Below are positions 47,261 through 57,326 of a stretch of DNA of 64,000 nucleotides, piece after piece (the first letter of the stretch is position 1; each line of letters begins with the position of its first letter). Under the pieces are notes generated by a model, which was not told where the DNA came from, ran no database searches, and saw nothing but the letters and a program-made list of their open reading frames with translations. Made by a program: the position numbers and the translations under genes. Origin of the DNA: a virus; IMG/VR virus record IMGVR_UViG_3300036770_003738, positions 1 through 64,000 of that record; one strand, written 5' to 3'.

Positions 47261-48400
47261 ATGGTTGCTGTAGCAAAAAGTATTAAACCTTTGAATCCCC
47301 GTAGTCCTGACACCAAATACGTTGGGGACGAACCCCTGTGGCGCAGCCAACCCACAGAAAACCGTTTTGCTGAACTTACACGAGCATTTAACTGGTACAA
47401 CTACTTCTATGGCAAAAAAGAAGCCAAAGACTTTGTAGTTGCTTATCTTGAAACTCAAAACAAGGCCAAAGAAGCCAAACAAATTCGCAGTCTTAGCGAT
47501 AGTCAAATGCGTCTAACTACAGGTTGGTTGTGCCGTATGACCCTTATGGGACTGCAACTTGACGAGCACGAGCAAATCAAACTGGATAACTTGATTGCCG
47601 ATCTGCTGTCTATCAAAGCAGAAGCAAAAAAAGAAGCAGAAACCGCAGAAGACACTCAACCCAAAGTTACGATCCAGGATCGCCTGCGTGAAAAAGTAAG
47701 CGAGTGCGCCGGGGAGCTGGACGGTTTGTTTGATGACTTTGTGGTCGCTGGCGCCAAAATGTCTGCAGACTGGAAGCCTATTGCTACTATCCGCGGTATG
47801 AACGTAGCACCACAAATGGTGTCTACTATTGCTAGTATCTGGCAACAAAAACTTGACGAGTTTACAGCCGTACAAGAAGGCAAGGATGCCCAATTGGTCG
47901 AAGCATACAGCAACTACAACAAGATTCAACTGCGTAACATCATCAAGTTTTGCGAGCAAGTTATTGCAGACTGCGGTTCTTACGTGCAGATTAAAAAGGT
48001 TGAACGCAAGCCACGCAAAGTCAAGGCAGTGCCGCCGGAGAAAAAGGCTGCTAAGTTTAAGATTTGTGCTGAATTTGCTGAACTCAAACTCAAGAGTCTC
48101 CCGGCTGCACAACTAGTGGACAAGAGCGAAGCCTGGTTGTATGACACCAAAAAGCGCAAGTTGATCCACGTGGTAGCCGACGAGTATGCCAAGGTGTTTA
48201 CGGTTAAAAACAATGCCGTGATCGGGTTTAGCACCGTGGAAACACAGCAAAAGACTCTGCGCAAGCCAGCAGAGCAACTTAAACCCATACTAACAGCAGG
48301 CAAGCCAGCAGCACGTAAAGCCTACAAGGACATCAAGGCCACTGAAACTGCCTGGAACGGGCGCGGCAGTGAGAACCTTGTGGTCATCAGAGCTTGGTAA
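47261..48400 (+). CDS. Early hypothetical protein (Lys-rich C-terminal domain)
   Basis: 379-aa ORF with its own sigma70 promoter and SD; W.Y.TK.RKL and KTLRKP motifs. Confidence 0.75.
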   Translation: MVAVAKSIKPLNPRSPDTKYVGDEPLWRSQPTENRFAELTRAFNWYNYFYGKKEAKDFVVAYLETQNKAKEAKQIRSLSDSQMRLTTGWLCRMTLMGLQLDEHEQIKLDNLIADLLSIKAEAKKEAETAEDTQPKVTIQDRLREKVSECAGELDGLFDDFVVAGAKMSADWKPIATIRGMNVAPQMVSTIASIWQQKLDEFTAVQEGKDAQLVEAYSNYNKIQLRNIIKFCEQVIADCGSYVQIKKVERKPRKVKAVPPEKKAAKFKICAEFAELKLKSLPAAQLVDKSEAWLYDTKKRKLIHVVADEYAKVFTVKNNAVIGFSTVETQQKTLRKPAEQLKPILTAGKPAARKAYKDIKATETAWNGRGSENLVVIRAW

Positions 48401-48407
48401 GTAACTG

Positions 48408-49307
48408 ATGCATGAGATTACAAACAAAGTTGATTTTTATATTACTAATGTTTGTAATCTCACCTGCGAAGGGTGCAACAGGTTCAACAATCACGATTTT
48501 CGAGGATGGCAACGCTGGAGTGATTATCGAGCACAGTACGAACAATGGGGTGAGTTGGTTCGATTAAAATCTGCAACTATCATGGGAGGCGAGCCTTTTT
48601 TGAATCCGACATTAGTGGATTGGATACAAGGAATCAATCGTATATTCGGCATTGACGTTCAAGTTCTCACTAACGGTACTAGGTTCAGACAGTCACAGCA
48701 CTTGTACGATGCAATGTTGTATCGTTCAACACGCACAAGAGCAATGAACCACATTGGAGTAAGTCTTCATAATCTTGCAGATCAAGAAGAAATACTTGAT
48801 AGTATTCGATCATTCTTTCCTGGCTCATTTAATGAGTACCCTAAAGGACATCTAGCAAACCGTTGGGGGTCAGACTGGTATTTTGTTGACAATAACGGAG
48901 TAATGGTCAATGTGTATGTTGTTAACAAATTTGTTAATTCGTCGGTGATCCCACAATGGCAAGTCAACGGCGGAATTAAAAAACAATACACACTACATAA
49001 TAGCGATCCAGTAGAGGCGCACCAGGCTTGCGCTTTTGCAAAATTTAAATCATATCATTTCATTCGTGGAAAATTGTACAAATGCGGTCCAGTAGCTCTC
49101 TTGCCCGAGTTTGATCAACAACATCAGCTTACAATAACTGATGCTGATAGAAATTTAATGAGTTCATATCAACCATTGTCAACTGACAACTTTGATCATT
49201 ACCACAAAGAATTTTTTGATCACATAGATAAGCCTATTTCACAATGTAAATTTTGCCCTACTGAGCCTAAATTCAGAATAATTGCACCGATTCGCAAAGG
49301 GCTGTAA
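48408..49307 (+). CDS. Radical SAM protein with C-terminal Cys cluster (Twitch/SPASM-like)
   Basis: CNLTCEGC, GGEP, TNG, G.LYKC, CKFCP. Confidence 0.85.
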   Translation: MHEITNKVDFYITNVCNLTCEGCNRFNNHDFRGWQRWSDYRAQYEQWGELVRLKSATIMGGEPFLNPTLVDWIQGINRIFGIDVQVLTNGTRFRQSQHLYDAMLYRSTRTRAMNHIGVSLHNLADQEEILDSIRSFFPGSFNEYPKGHLANRWGSDWYFVDNNGVMVNVYVVNKFVNSSVIPQWQVNGGIKKQYTLHNSDPVEAHQACAFAKFKSYHFIRGKLYKCGPVALLPEFDQQHQLTITDADRNLMSSYQPLSTDNFDHYHKEFFDHIDKPISQCKFCPTEPKFRIIAPIRKGL

Positions 49308-50377
49308 TGTTTCAAGATCAATTTTATCAAATACATCAAAGCGAAGCATTTAAAATTAGTCAGTGCATGCAACACGAACATGCCCTGGCTAACTTTTTTT
49401 CGAGCCTGCTAACCAACCTAGGTTATAGCACTGTTGATCCTGTTAGAAGAATTTGGAAACGTGCTAACAAAACTGTGATCGTTTGTTTAGCAGATGACTT
49501 CAATATCTGTGGAGCAGACCTTTCAAAATCAGCTGATCAGTGGTTTGATGTTGACACCACGATAATAACAGATAACTTTATAACTGCCCCCACGCAATAT
49601 CGAGTTCTGCAATTACCAACTAGTTATTTTGGAATATTTGGCTACACACCCCATCAGCAACATTACGACCCGCAAAAAAGATTTCACTTTTCTGTAAATC
49701 GTCTCGACACTCAACGACAACTGATCTTGTTTGAATTACTAGGTCAAAGCGGTGGACTTGATCAAGTACTTGACCAAGACTACATAAATTTCAACGCTAT
49801 GAATCCTGGAAGCATCAACGATACTGTTGAAGATATTCAGACCAATTTTAAAAAATCTTGGGAGCCGGTAGCAAACTTTTATAGTGATACTTACAATCAA
49901 GACATGTCAGCAGTAGTCAGATTGCTGCCTGTACGCAATCACACACTATCTATTGAGCAAGCTAACGTCGGTGCCTATTTAAATTTAGTAGTTGAAACAT
50001 ATGCTGGAAATACCACAGTTACATTCAGCGAAAAAACATTTAGGTCCTTGGTAACACCGAGTCCGTGGACTTTGTTTGCTGCTCGCGGTGCAGTTGAATA
50101 CATCAAAAATTTAGGATTTGATGTTATGCTGGATCTAATAGATCATAGTTATGACAGTGACATGCACGACCATTGGCCTGGTAATTCTAGAATAAAAAAA
50201 TATATTTCATCTAGCATACAGCAATATCAACATTTAACCACCTTGTCCAAGGAACATATTGCAAACAGAGCCACGATTGCTGCCAAACATAATCAGCAAC
50301 TTTTACAAAAAATGAAGATAAATTGGCCTCGTGACTTTGCTGCTTGGCTCCCTGAAGTGATAGCTCAGCTTGAATAA
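49307..50377 (+). CDS. Putative glycosyltransferase-like protein ('ET..SEKT' family)
   Basis: NLVVET......FSEKT.R......P........L..LGFD...D.IDHSYD motif; paralogue of 23278. Confidence 0.55.
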   Translation: MFQDQFYQIHQSEAFKISQCMQHEHALANFFSSLLTNLGYSTVDPVRRIWKRANKTVIVCLADDFNICGADLSKSADQWFDVDTTIITDNFITAPTQYRVLQLPTSYFGIFGYTPHQQHYDPQKRFHFSVNRLDTQRQLILFELLGQSGGLDQVLDQDYINFNAMNPGSINDTVEDIQTNFKKSWEPVANFYSDTYNQDMSAVVRLLPVRNHTLSIEQANVGAYLNLVVETYAGNTTVTFSEKTFRSLVTPSPWTLFAARGAVEYIKNLGFDVMLDLIDHSYDSDMHDHWPGNSRIKKYISSSIQQYQHLTTLSKEHIANRATIAAKHNQQLLQKMKINWPRDFAAWLPEVIAQLE

Positions 50378-50398
50378 ATATAAGCAACGGAGTCCCTT

Positions 50399-51160
50399 AT
50401 GGCTGAAAATACACTACCTCAACTCAAGCAAGATCTCATTGATTATGTGGGCTTGATGTTGGGAAACCAAATTGTTGACATTGAACTTGACCCTGCGCAC
50501 TTTGAAGCTGCTTATCAAAAAACAATAGGCACCTTCCGTCAACGAAGCAATGCTGCTTATGAAGAAGCGTATATTTTTATGGAGTTGATGACAGACATCA
50601 ACATCTATACTTTGCCCCAAGAAGTTACCAGTGTACGCCAAATTTTCCGTAGAACTTTTGGTGATGCCACTGGACCTTTTGCTAGTAACTTTGATCCGTT
50701 TGCACAAGCTAGTATCAACGTTTATCTCATGAACTTCAACGTAGCAGGCGGACTTGCGACCTATGACTTTTACAGTCAATATGTGGAATTGGCAGCCAAG
50801 ATGTTTGGTGGATTCATGAACTACACATGGAATCCGGTTACTAAGAAGTTGCAGTTGATCCGAGATCCAAAAAACACAGGCGAAAATGTATTATTGTGGG
50901 TGTGGCAACTCAAGCCTGAGATTCAACTGCTGAGCGACTATCAATCAGGTCAATGGATACGTGATTACATGGTTGCTTCTAGCAAAATGATCATTGGCGA
51001 AGCTCGAGAAAAGTTTGGAACCATTGCTGGACCGCAGGGCGGCGGCAGTTTGAATGGTGCTGCTATGAAAGCCGAAGCTCAAACACAAATGGATGCGCTA
51101 ATCGAACAACTCAAAATGTACGTGGACGGGAGTCAGCCTCTGACTTGGGTAATTGGCTAA
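50399..51160 (+). CDS. gp13: Neck/head-tail adaptor
   Basis: LG...VDIELD, W..DY..A..K..IGE.R.KF..I.GP.GG..LNG motifs; TAAATA at 50375 and GGAG SD. Confidence 0.85.
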   Translation: MAENTLPQLKQDLIDYVGLMLGNQIVDIELDPAHFEAAYQKTIGTFRQRSNAAYEEAYIFMELMTDINIYTLPQEVTSVRQIFRRTFGDATGPFASNFDPFAQASINVYLMNFNVAGGLATYDFYSQYVELAAKMFGGFMNYTWNPVTKKLQLIRDPKNTGENVLLWVWQLKPEIQLLSDYQSGQWIRDYMVASSKMIIGEAREKFGTIAGPQGGGSLNGAAMKAEAQTQMDALIEQLKMYVDGSQPLTWVIG

Positions 51161-51881
51161 AGGACAGACTCTAATGGTTGGTTGCAGTTTTATGTCAAGA
51201 CTGCAGACTAGACACCCAGGCGACATGGGAATAAATGCTGCAAAGTATCATGTGTTGGCCAGCCCAGGTTCAGGCAACCAGGCTATTGCTGCAAGAACAC
51301 AATACCAACTGGCACAAGAGCATTACGATCATGTGGTGGTGTTATGGTCCGGCATCAACAGAATTGATTTCCCAGTTAGTGAAGAACTGCAACGCACACA
51401 ACATAACAATCCCGAAGGCGATTGGGTAGCCAGTTGCAATATTGGACAAGCAGCTTGGTATCATTCCGGTGGCTTTTTGGGCACAGGAGTATTTGGTGCA
51501 GTGCCAGAACCTGTGCAAATCTTCATGCGAGCACAGTACCTGGGCTCAGAACCCAACAGCAAATATCTAAGCGAACTCACGCTGTCTAGCATAGTGAGCT
51601 TGCAGAGTCTCCTGCAAGCTCGAGGTATCACTTACCAAATGGCGTTTATATACAATACCCAACATGGTGATGTGGGACGCCAACAAGAGCATGCTCACGG
51701 CAAATTAAATCACGATTCTCCACTAGATCGATTGGTAGATTGGGACAAATTCAATATGAGCAGCAATCCTTATGAGTGGGCCATGCGTCGAGATCAGCTA
51801 GAAGGAGACCAATATCACCCTACCAGAAACGCCATGATTGAATGGTTCCGTGAGCAAATGCACATTGACATGACCCAGTAA
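51153..51881 (+). CDS. SGNH/GDSL-like hydrolase or acyltransferase-like protein
   Basis: VGCSF block I, G.GN..I, VV.WSG..R, D..HP block V. Confidence 0.6.
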   Translation: MAKGQTLMVGCSFMSRLQTRHPGDMGINAAKYHVLASPGSGNQAIAARTQYQLAQEHYDHVVVLWSGINRIDFPVSEELQRTQHNNPEGDWVASCNIGQAAWYHSGGFLGTGVFGAVPEPVQIFMRAQYLGSEPNSKYLSELTLSSIVSLQSLLQARGITYQMAFIYNTQHGDVGRQQEHAHGKLNHDSPLDRLVDWDKFNMSSNPYEWAMRRDQLEGDQYHPTRNAMIEWFREQMHIDMTQ

Positions 51882-51893
51882 ATCTGCTATACT
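51865..51893 (+). promoter_or_regulatory. Sigma70-type promoter, probably giving a leaderless transcript
   Basis: TTGACA-17 nt-TATACT with extended TG; ATG begins 7 nt after the -10 box; no SD. Confidence 0.75.
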
Positions 51894-51899
51894 TGCTGC

Positions 51900-52424
51900 A
51901 TGGCTGATTTAATGATTGACTTAGAAGGACTAGCAACTGGTCCTGATACCTGTATTCTTACTATTGCTGCTCAGAGCTTTGATCCTTTTGGGCGAGGCTA
52001 TTATGAGCAATCATACTATGCTCGAGTCACACTAGAGAGCCAAGAAAATCGTGCCATTGATCAAGGTACTATTGACTGGTGGGCCACCCAACCAGCAGTT
52101 GTTCGGGAAGAAGCCTTTGCTGAGGAAGACCGCATACCGCTAGATCAAGCACTGGATGAACTAGGTCGACTGATCTGGCACTCTAACAGAGTCTGGGCAC
52201 AAGGACCTACATACGATATGAACATTCTAGAGCATGCTTATAAAAGCTACCACAAACCCTTGCCCTGGAAATACTACATGGTGAGAGACAGCCGCACAGT
52301 ATTCAGTCTTTGGCCAGACCAACCTATTCCTCCTACTAGCCATCATGCTCTCGAAGACTGTCGCAGACAGATTGGCATGCTACAACACACACTCAGACAT
52401 CTCAACGTAACTGCACTCAAATGA
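51900..52424 (+). CDS. DEDDh 3'-5' exonuclease (DexA/Rv2179c-like)
   Basis: MIDLE, W.QG..YD..IL, RD.RT, H.ALED motifs. Confidence 0.85.
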   Translation: MADLMIDLEGLATGPDTCILTIAAQSFDPFGRGYYEQSYYARVTLESQENRAIDQGTIDWWATQPAVVREEAFAEEDRIPLDQALDELGRLIWHSNRVWAQGPTYDMNILEHAYKSYHKPLPWKYYMVRDSRTVFSLWPDQPIPPTSHHALEDCRRQIGMLQHTLRHLNVTALK

Positions 52425-52990
52425 CCTTACCAAAACTGCTTATTATTGGCAATGCTCGTCACGGCAAAGACACAGTATGCGACATTCTCAAACAAGAATT
52501 TGGCTACAACTTTAGATCTAGCTCAGACTTTTGTGCTGAAAAGTTTATCTATGCAGCGCTCAAAGATCGGTATGGCTATGCCACTTATGAGCAGTGTTTT
52601 GAGGACAGACACAATCACCGCGCTGAATGGTATGACATGATTCATGATTACTGCCGAGATGACTATGCTAGATTGGGACGAGAAATCTTTGCCGAAAATG
52701 AAATCTATTGTGGCCTGCGCAACAAATCAGAGTTCCATGCCATGAAGAACACAGGTGTTTTTGATCATGCTATTTGGGTAGATCGTAGTGATCACTTGCC
52801 TCAAGAAGACAAGAGCAGCATGAGCCTAGAAATTTGGATGGCCGACTATGTGATTGACAACAACGGAACGCTAGCTGATTTGCAACGCAACACTAGAGAG
52901 CTGGTTACACGTCTGGTTGCAAATCACCAGGCCGCCATACAGAATCAGACTTTGATAAATCGACTTCGCAGTTACGGCACACAGTTTTGA
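52421..52990 (+). CDS. Deoxynucleoside monophosphate kinase-like P-loop protein
   Basis: IIG.ARHGKDT P-loop; R...E, D..IDNNG motifs (T4 gp1-like). Confidence 0.65.
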   Translation: MTLPKLLIIGNARHGKDTVCDILKQEFGYNFRSSSDFCAEKFIYAALKDRYGYATYEQCFEDRHNHRAEWYDMIHDYCRDDYARLGREIFAENEIYCGLRNKSEFHAMKNTGVFDHAIWVDRSDHLPQEDKSSMSLEIWMADYVIDNNGTLADLQRNTRELVTRLVANHQAAIQNQTLINRLRSYGTQF

Positions 52991-53252
52991 GATTTTTAGA
53001 CTCGCAATGAGCTAGATTTCCGTCTGCATGATACACCAGCATCTGTGCTGAATAGCGGGCCCTGAACCCGCAGCGATCACAGATCATCTTCTTTTTGTAC
53101 CCAGCTGATTCCCAGCTGGGTTTTCTTTTGGGCAGTTTTTTTGCCTTGCGAATACAGTTTTCACATCTGCTACGATAGTGTACCACATCATCACGGCGAT
53201 AGTTTACAGCACAAGGACGTTGGTTACATACAGGACAAGTGGGTCTATTCAT
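52905..53252 (-). CDS. Zn-finger HNH-like protein
   Basis: CPVC, CENC, CDRC, H.DGN...C...NL..VC.NC; start MNRP at 53252 after TAAATA. Confidence 0.7.
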   Translation of the reverse strand: MNRPTCPVCNQRPCAVNYRRDDVVHYRSRCENCIRKAKKLPKRKPSWESAGYKKKMICDRCGFRARYSAQMLVYHADGNLAHCESKNLKTVCRNCEVDLSKSDSVWRPGDLQPDV

Positions 53253-53348
53253 GGGGTATTTATTGGTGGACCTTTGCAAAGGGCAGCGTAGAACCGCCTT
53301 TTTTGAATATACCCATAAATATCTACAACTTGAAAAGGAAACCACAAG

Positions 53349-56300
53349 ATGGCTCTAATCTCTCCAGGCGTAGAAGTAACAGTAATTGATGAAAGTCAAT
53401 ACATCCCTTCGGCAGTCAACACAGTACCTTACTTTGTTATTGCAACAGCACAAAACAAAGTTTCTAGCGACGGTATAACCGTTGCTGCAGGCACTACTGC
53501 TGCAAACGCCAACAAAACTTATCTCATCACCAGTCAACGTGAACTGGCAGCTACTTATGGCGTGCCATTCTTCTACAATACCACAACTGGTACACCAATC
53601 AACGGTTACGAACTCAACGAATATGGTTTGCTTGCTGCTTACTCAGCTTTGGGTGTTACCAATCGTGCTTATGTACAACGTGTTGACATTGATCTTACTG
53701 AGCTTACAGCCAGTTTGACTCGCCCTGTTGGTGCTGCTGCTGACGGTACCTACTGGTTAGACACTGCAAACAGCACTTGGGGCATATTTGAATGGAACCA
53801 AACTACCGCAGCTTTTACTGCCGTAACTCCAATTGTGGTCACTAGCACAGCTGACGTCGAAGATGCAGTTGGCGGCGATTATACACCATTGAGCACCATT
53901 GGTAATATTGGTGACTATGCAGTGGTGCCAATCAGCAACTTTGTTACCGGTTACTACAAAAACAGTTCCAACGTTTGGGTACAGGTAGGTTCAGAAGCCT
54001 GGCAAACAGCTTGGCCGACCCTAACCGGTACAAACGCCCCATCTAGTTTAACAGCTGGCAACAACATGTACATCAACGGTAACTTGGTTACTGTGGGCGC
54101 TACTAACACAGTGGCTGGTTTTGCTGCTGTGATCAACGCAGCATCTATCGCTGGTGTTACTGCTGCTGCTGTGTCAGGCAAGCTGACCATTTATGCTGAC
54201 GCTAATGCTACCAATGACGGTTCTACTGCTACCAACGGTGTTGTGTCTATTGAACCTGGTCCAAGTTCAGGTTCAGCATTGCTCACAGCATTGGGTATCA
54301 CTGCTGATGAATATCTAGCCCCGGTATACTTCCCTGGCTACAGCTACCAAAGCCCACGTTGGAGAAGCACAGACACTTCACCACGTCCTACAGGCAGTGT
54401 ATGGAACAACGTCAGTGCCGCCAACAATGGCCTGAGCTTGTCACTGAAAAAGTACAGTACAGCGTTAGGCTTGTGGGTAGCACAGTCTGTTCCTGCTTTT
54501 GCTAATGATGCTTATGCGTTCGGTACACTTGATCCCACAGGCGGCGGCAAAAACATCCCTGTAGGAACAACTTATGTTCAATATGATGCTCAACAGTATC
54601 TAACAGACCCAAATAGCTCGTTTGACTTCTTGATTCTTGAGCGTACAACTTTGGGTCAAGCAATTTATACAGGTACAACTACACCAACAGGCACAGCTTT
54701 TGGTGTTGGTAACAGTTTCTCACTGTCTGCTACTACACAAAACAACCCGCAGCCGCTAAACACAGCAACTGTGACTATTGGCGGCACAGGTACTGTGAGT
54801 GATTTTATTGCTGCTGTAAGCGCAGCTAATGTTCCACACGTTACTGCTAGTGTTAATTCAGCTGGTAATATTGTGTTGACTCATGCGCTAGGTGGATCTA
54901 TCACTGTGAGTAACACCAGTGGGACCCCACTAACTGTAGCTGGATTTACGCTAAGTACACCAAACGGTCGCGAATCTAGTACAGTTGCTAACACCATTGT
55001 GTTTAGTAACTTTGCCACCGATCCTGAATTCACATATACTGCTAGCGATACCGAACCTGATCAAGACCCAGCAGATGGCCGCTTGTGGTTCTACAGCACC
55101 GTTAGCGATGTGGATATCATGATCCAGGACAACGGTACCTGGCAAGGATATCAAAACGTGGCCAATGACGTTCGCGGCTTCGACTTGACATTAACCAATG
55201 CATCAGGACCTATTGTTGCTGCTACCGCTCCAACTACACAAAACGATGCCAATGAAAGTCCTCTGCAATACGGCGACTTGTGGATCGACAGTTCAGATCT
55301 TGAAAACTACCCTAAGATCTATCGTTGGGAACCTGTAAGTGGAGTAGATCAGTGGGTAGCCATTGACACCACAGATCAAGTGACAGACAACGGTGTGTTG
55401 TTTGCTGATGCTCGTTGGGCACCAAACGGTACTACAGATCCTGTAGCAGATGCTTTCCCAACTATCGAAAGTTTGTTGGTTAGTAACTATACTGATCTAG
55501 ATGCTCCGGACTCCACACTATACCCACAAGGTATGTTGTTGTGGAACACACGTCGTTCAGGCTACAACGTCAAGAGCTTCCAAAGCAACTACTTTAATTC
55601 AACTACATTCCCGGATGACACATTGCCTACCGTGACCAGCACCTGGCTCACGGCCAGCGGTAACAAAACTGACGGAAGCATGTATTCTGGCCGCCAAGCA
55701 CAGCGCAAGATGGTTGTAGCTGCAATGAAAGCAGGTATTGATACTAGCACAGCAGCACGTGAAGAACAAAATCAGTTTAATATTATTGCTAGCCCTGCTT
55801 ATCCAGAACTGACTCCAAACATGATTGCACTCAGTAACGAGCGCAACAATACATTGTTTGTGGTAGCAGATACACCAATGCGTCTTGGTGCAACTGGTAC
55901 TGAACTTGTAGCCTGGGCAACCAACAACAACGGCGAAGGTCTACCAACAGAAGATGGTAACTCGGCAACTAGCAACTATGCTGGTGCTTTCTACCCCAGC
56001 TGTTTGACCACAGACCTAGGCGGCAACACAGTTGTTGCTCCTCCAAGTCACATGATGGTACGCACTATCTTGCGCAGCGATGCTGTAAGCTATCCATGGT
56101 TAGCACCTGCTGGTACACGTCGTGGTGTAGTTGACAATGCTACTGCGATCGGTTACATTGATGCAGCTACAGGTGAGTTCCAACAGATTGGTGTAAGCCA
56201 AGGTGTTCGTGATATTCTTTATGAACGCAATATTAACCCAATCACATTCATCCCCGGGGTTGGTATCACTAACTTTGGTAACAAGACCACAACTACAACT

Positions 56301-56630
56301 ACTACAGCGTTGGATCGTATCAACGTTGCGCGATTGGTTGCGTTCTTACGTGGACGTCTTGAAGAAATTGGTAAACTGTTCTTGTTTGAACCTAACGATG
56401 AGATCACACGTAACGAAGTCACTAACTTGTGCAATAGTTTAATGATTGACTTGATTGCTAAACGAGCAATTTACGACTACCTGGTTGTTTGTGACTTGAG
56501 CAACAACACACCAGCACGTATCGACCGCAACGAATTGTGGGTCGACATTGCAATTGAACCAGTGAAGGCTGTGGAGTTTATCTACATCCCATTGCGTATC
56601 AAGAACACTGGCGAGATCGCAGCGGGCTGA
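53349..56630 (+). CDS. gp18: Tail sheath protein
   Basis: SPGVEV..IDES, PW.APAG..RG, INPI, G...FG.KT, RINV.RL, FEPND..TR, CD..NNTP..ID.NEL, P.K..EFI. Confidence 0.95.
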   Translation: MALISPGVEVTVIDESQYIPSAVNTVPYFVIATAQNKVSSDGITVAAGTTAANANKTYLITSQRELAATYGVPFFYNTTTGTPINGYELNEYGLLAAYSALGVTNRAYVQRVDIDLTELTASLTRPVGAAADGTYWLDTANSTWGIFEWNQTTAAFTAVTPIVVTSTADVEDAVGGDYTPLSTIGNIGDYAVVPISNFVTGYYKNSSNVWVQVGSEAWQTAWPTLTGTNAPSSLTAGNNMYINGNLVTVGATNTVAGFAAVINAASIAGVTAAAVSGKLTIYADANATNDGSTATNGVVSIEPGPSSGSALLTALGITADEYLAPVYFPGYSYQSPRWRSTDTSPRPTGSVWNNVSAANNGLSLSLKKYSTALGLWVAQSVPAFANDAYAFGTLDPTGGGKNIPVGTTYVQYDAQQYLTDPNSSFDFLILERTTLGQAIYTGTTTPTGTAFGVGNSFSLSATTQNNPQPLNTATVTIGGTGTVSDFIAAVSAANVPHVTASVNSAGNIVLTHALGGSITVSNTSGTPLTVAGFTLSTPNGRESSTVANTIVFSNFATDPEFTYTASDTEPDQDPADGRLWFYSTVSDVDIMIQDNGTWQGYQNVANDVRGFDLTLTNASGPIVAATAPTTQNDANESPLQYGDLWIDSSDLENYPKIYRWEPVSGVDQWVAIDTTDQVTDNGVLFADARWAPNGTTDPVADAFPTIESLLVSNYTDLDAPDSTLYPQGMLLWNTRRSGYNVKSFQSNYFNSTTFPDDTLPTVTSTWLTASGNKTDGSMYSGRQAQRKMVVAAMKAGIDTSTAAREEQNQFNIIASPAYPELTPNMIALSNERNNTLFVVADTPMRLGATGTELVAWATNNNGEGLPTEDGNSATSNYAGAFYPSCLTTDLGGNTVVAPPSHMMVRTILRSDAVSYPWLAPAGTRRGVVDNATAIGYIDAATGEFQQIGVSQGVRDILYERNINPITFIPGVGITNFGNKTTTTTTTALDRINVARLVAFLRGRLEEIGKLFLFEPNDEITRNEVTNLCNSLMIDLIAKRAIYDYLVVCDLSNNTPARIDRNELWVDIAIEPVKAVEFIYIPLRIKNTGEIAAG

Positions 56631-56641
56631 TGATGAAAAAT

Positions 56642-56663
56642 GGTGGGTGATTTTTCACCCACC
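56642..56663. terminator. Perfect 9-bp hairpin between gp18 and gp19 (terminator or processing site)
   Basis: ggtgggtga-tttt-tcacccacc; a T-run follows on the - strand; TAAATA at 56673. Confidence 0.6.
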
Positions 56664-56697
56664 TGATTCAGGTAAATAAACACATAGGAGATAACAA

Positions 56698-57321
56698 ATG
56701 GCAGTTTCATCATTACAACGCATGACAGTTCCATTGGCGAGCGATCAAAGTTCGTCAACACAGGGCTTGTTGATGCCCAAACTCAAATATCGCTTTAGAG
56801 TGATGTTTGAAAACTTTGGTGTGTCAAAACCCACCACTGAATTGACCAAACAGGTTATGAGCTTTAGTCGCCCCAACCTGAGCTTTGAGGAAATCACTTT
56901 GCCTATCTACAACTCAACTTTGAAGTTGGCAGGCAAGCACACATGGGCAGATGCCACATGCGAAATTCGTGATGATGCAGGCGGCTCAGTGAGCAAGTTG
57001 ATTGGCGAACAGTTACAGAAGCAAATGGACTTCTTAGAAATGGCTTCGGCAGCTTCGGGTATTGACTACAAGTTTACTACTGTGGTAGAAGTACTCGACG
57101 GTGGCAACGGTGCATCAACACCAGTGGTTCTTGAAACATGGAATCTGTACGGATGCTACTTGAAGTCAGCTGACTACGGCGCACTCAACTACGGTGAAAG
57201 CGCACCTGTTACAGTAAACATGACTATTGCTTATGATAACGCCAACCAAGGCGAAGGTCAAGGCGTTGGTACATTGGTTGGTAGAACTATTGGCGACGTG
57301 GTAACTGGCGCTGGAGCTTAA
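56698..57321 (+). CDS. gp19: Tail tube protein
   Basis: Follows the sheath gene; RFRV.F, RP.L.F, AGK..W, W.L.GC, I.YD tube-fold motifs. Confidence 0.85.
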   Translation: MAVSSLQRMTVPLASDQSSSTQGLLMPKLKYRFRVMFENFGVSKPTTELTKQVMSFSRPNLSFEEITLPIYNSTLKLAGKHTWADATCEIRDDAGGSVSKLIGEQLQKQMDFLEMASAASGIDYKFTTVVEVLDGGNGASTPVVLETWNLYGCYLKSADYGALNYGESAPVTVNMTIAYDNANQGEGQGVGTLVGRTIGDVVTGAGA

Positions 57322-57326
57322 ACTCC

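Noticed and set aside
47185-47400. N-terminal extension of the 512-aa ORF call; similar extensions at 25479-25538, 53253-53345 and 60295-60414
   Set aside because: They overlap promoters or neighbouring genes; downstream ATGs next to late promoters or SDs are better starts
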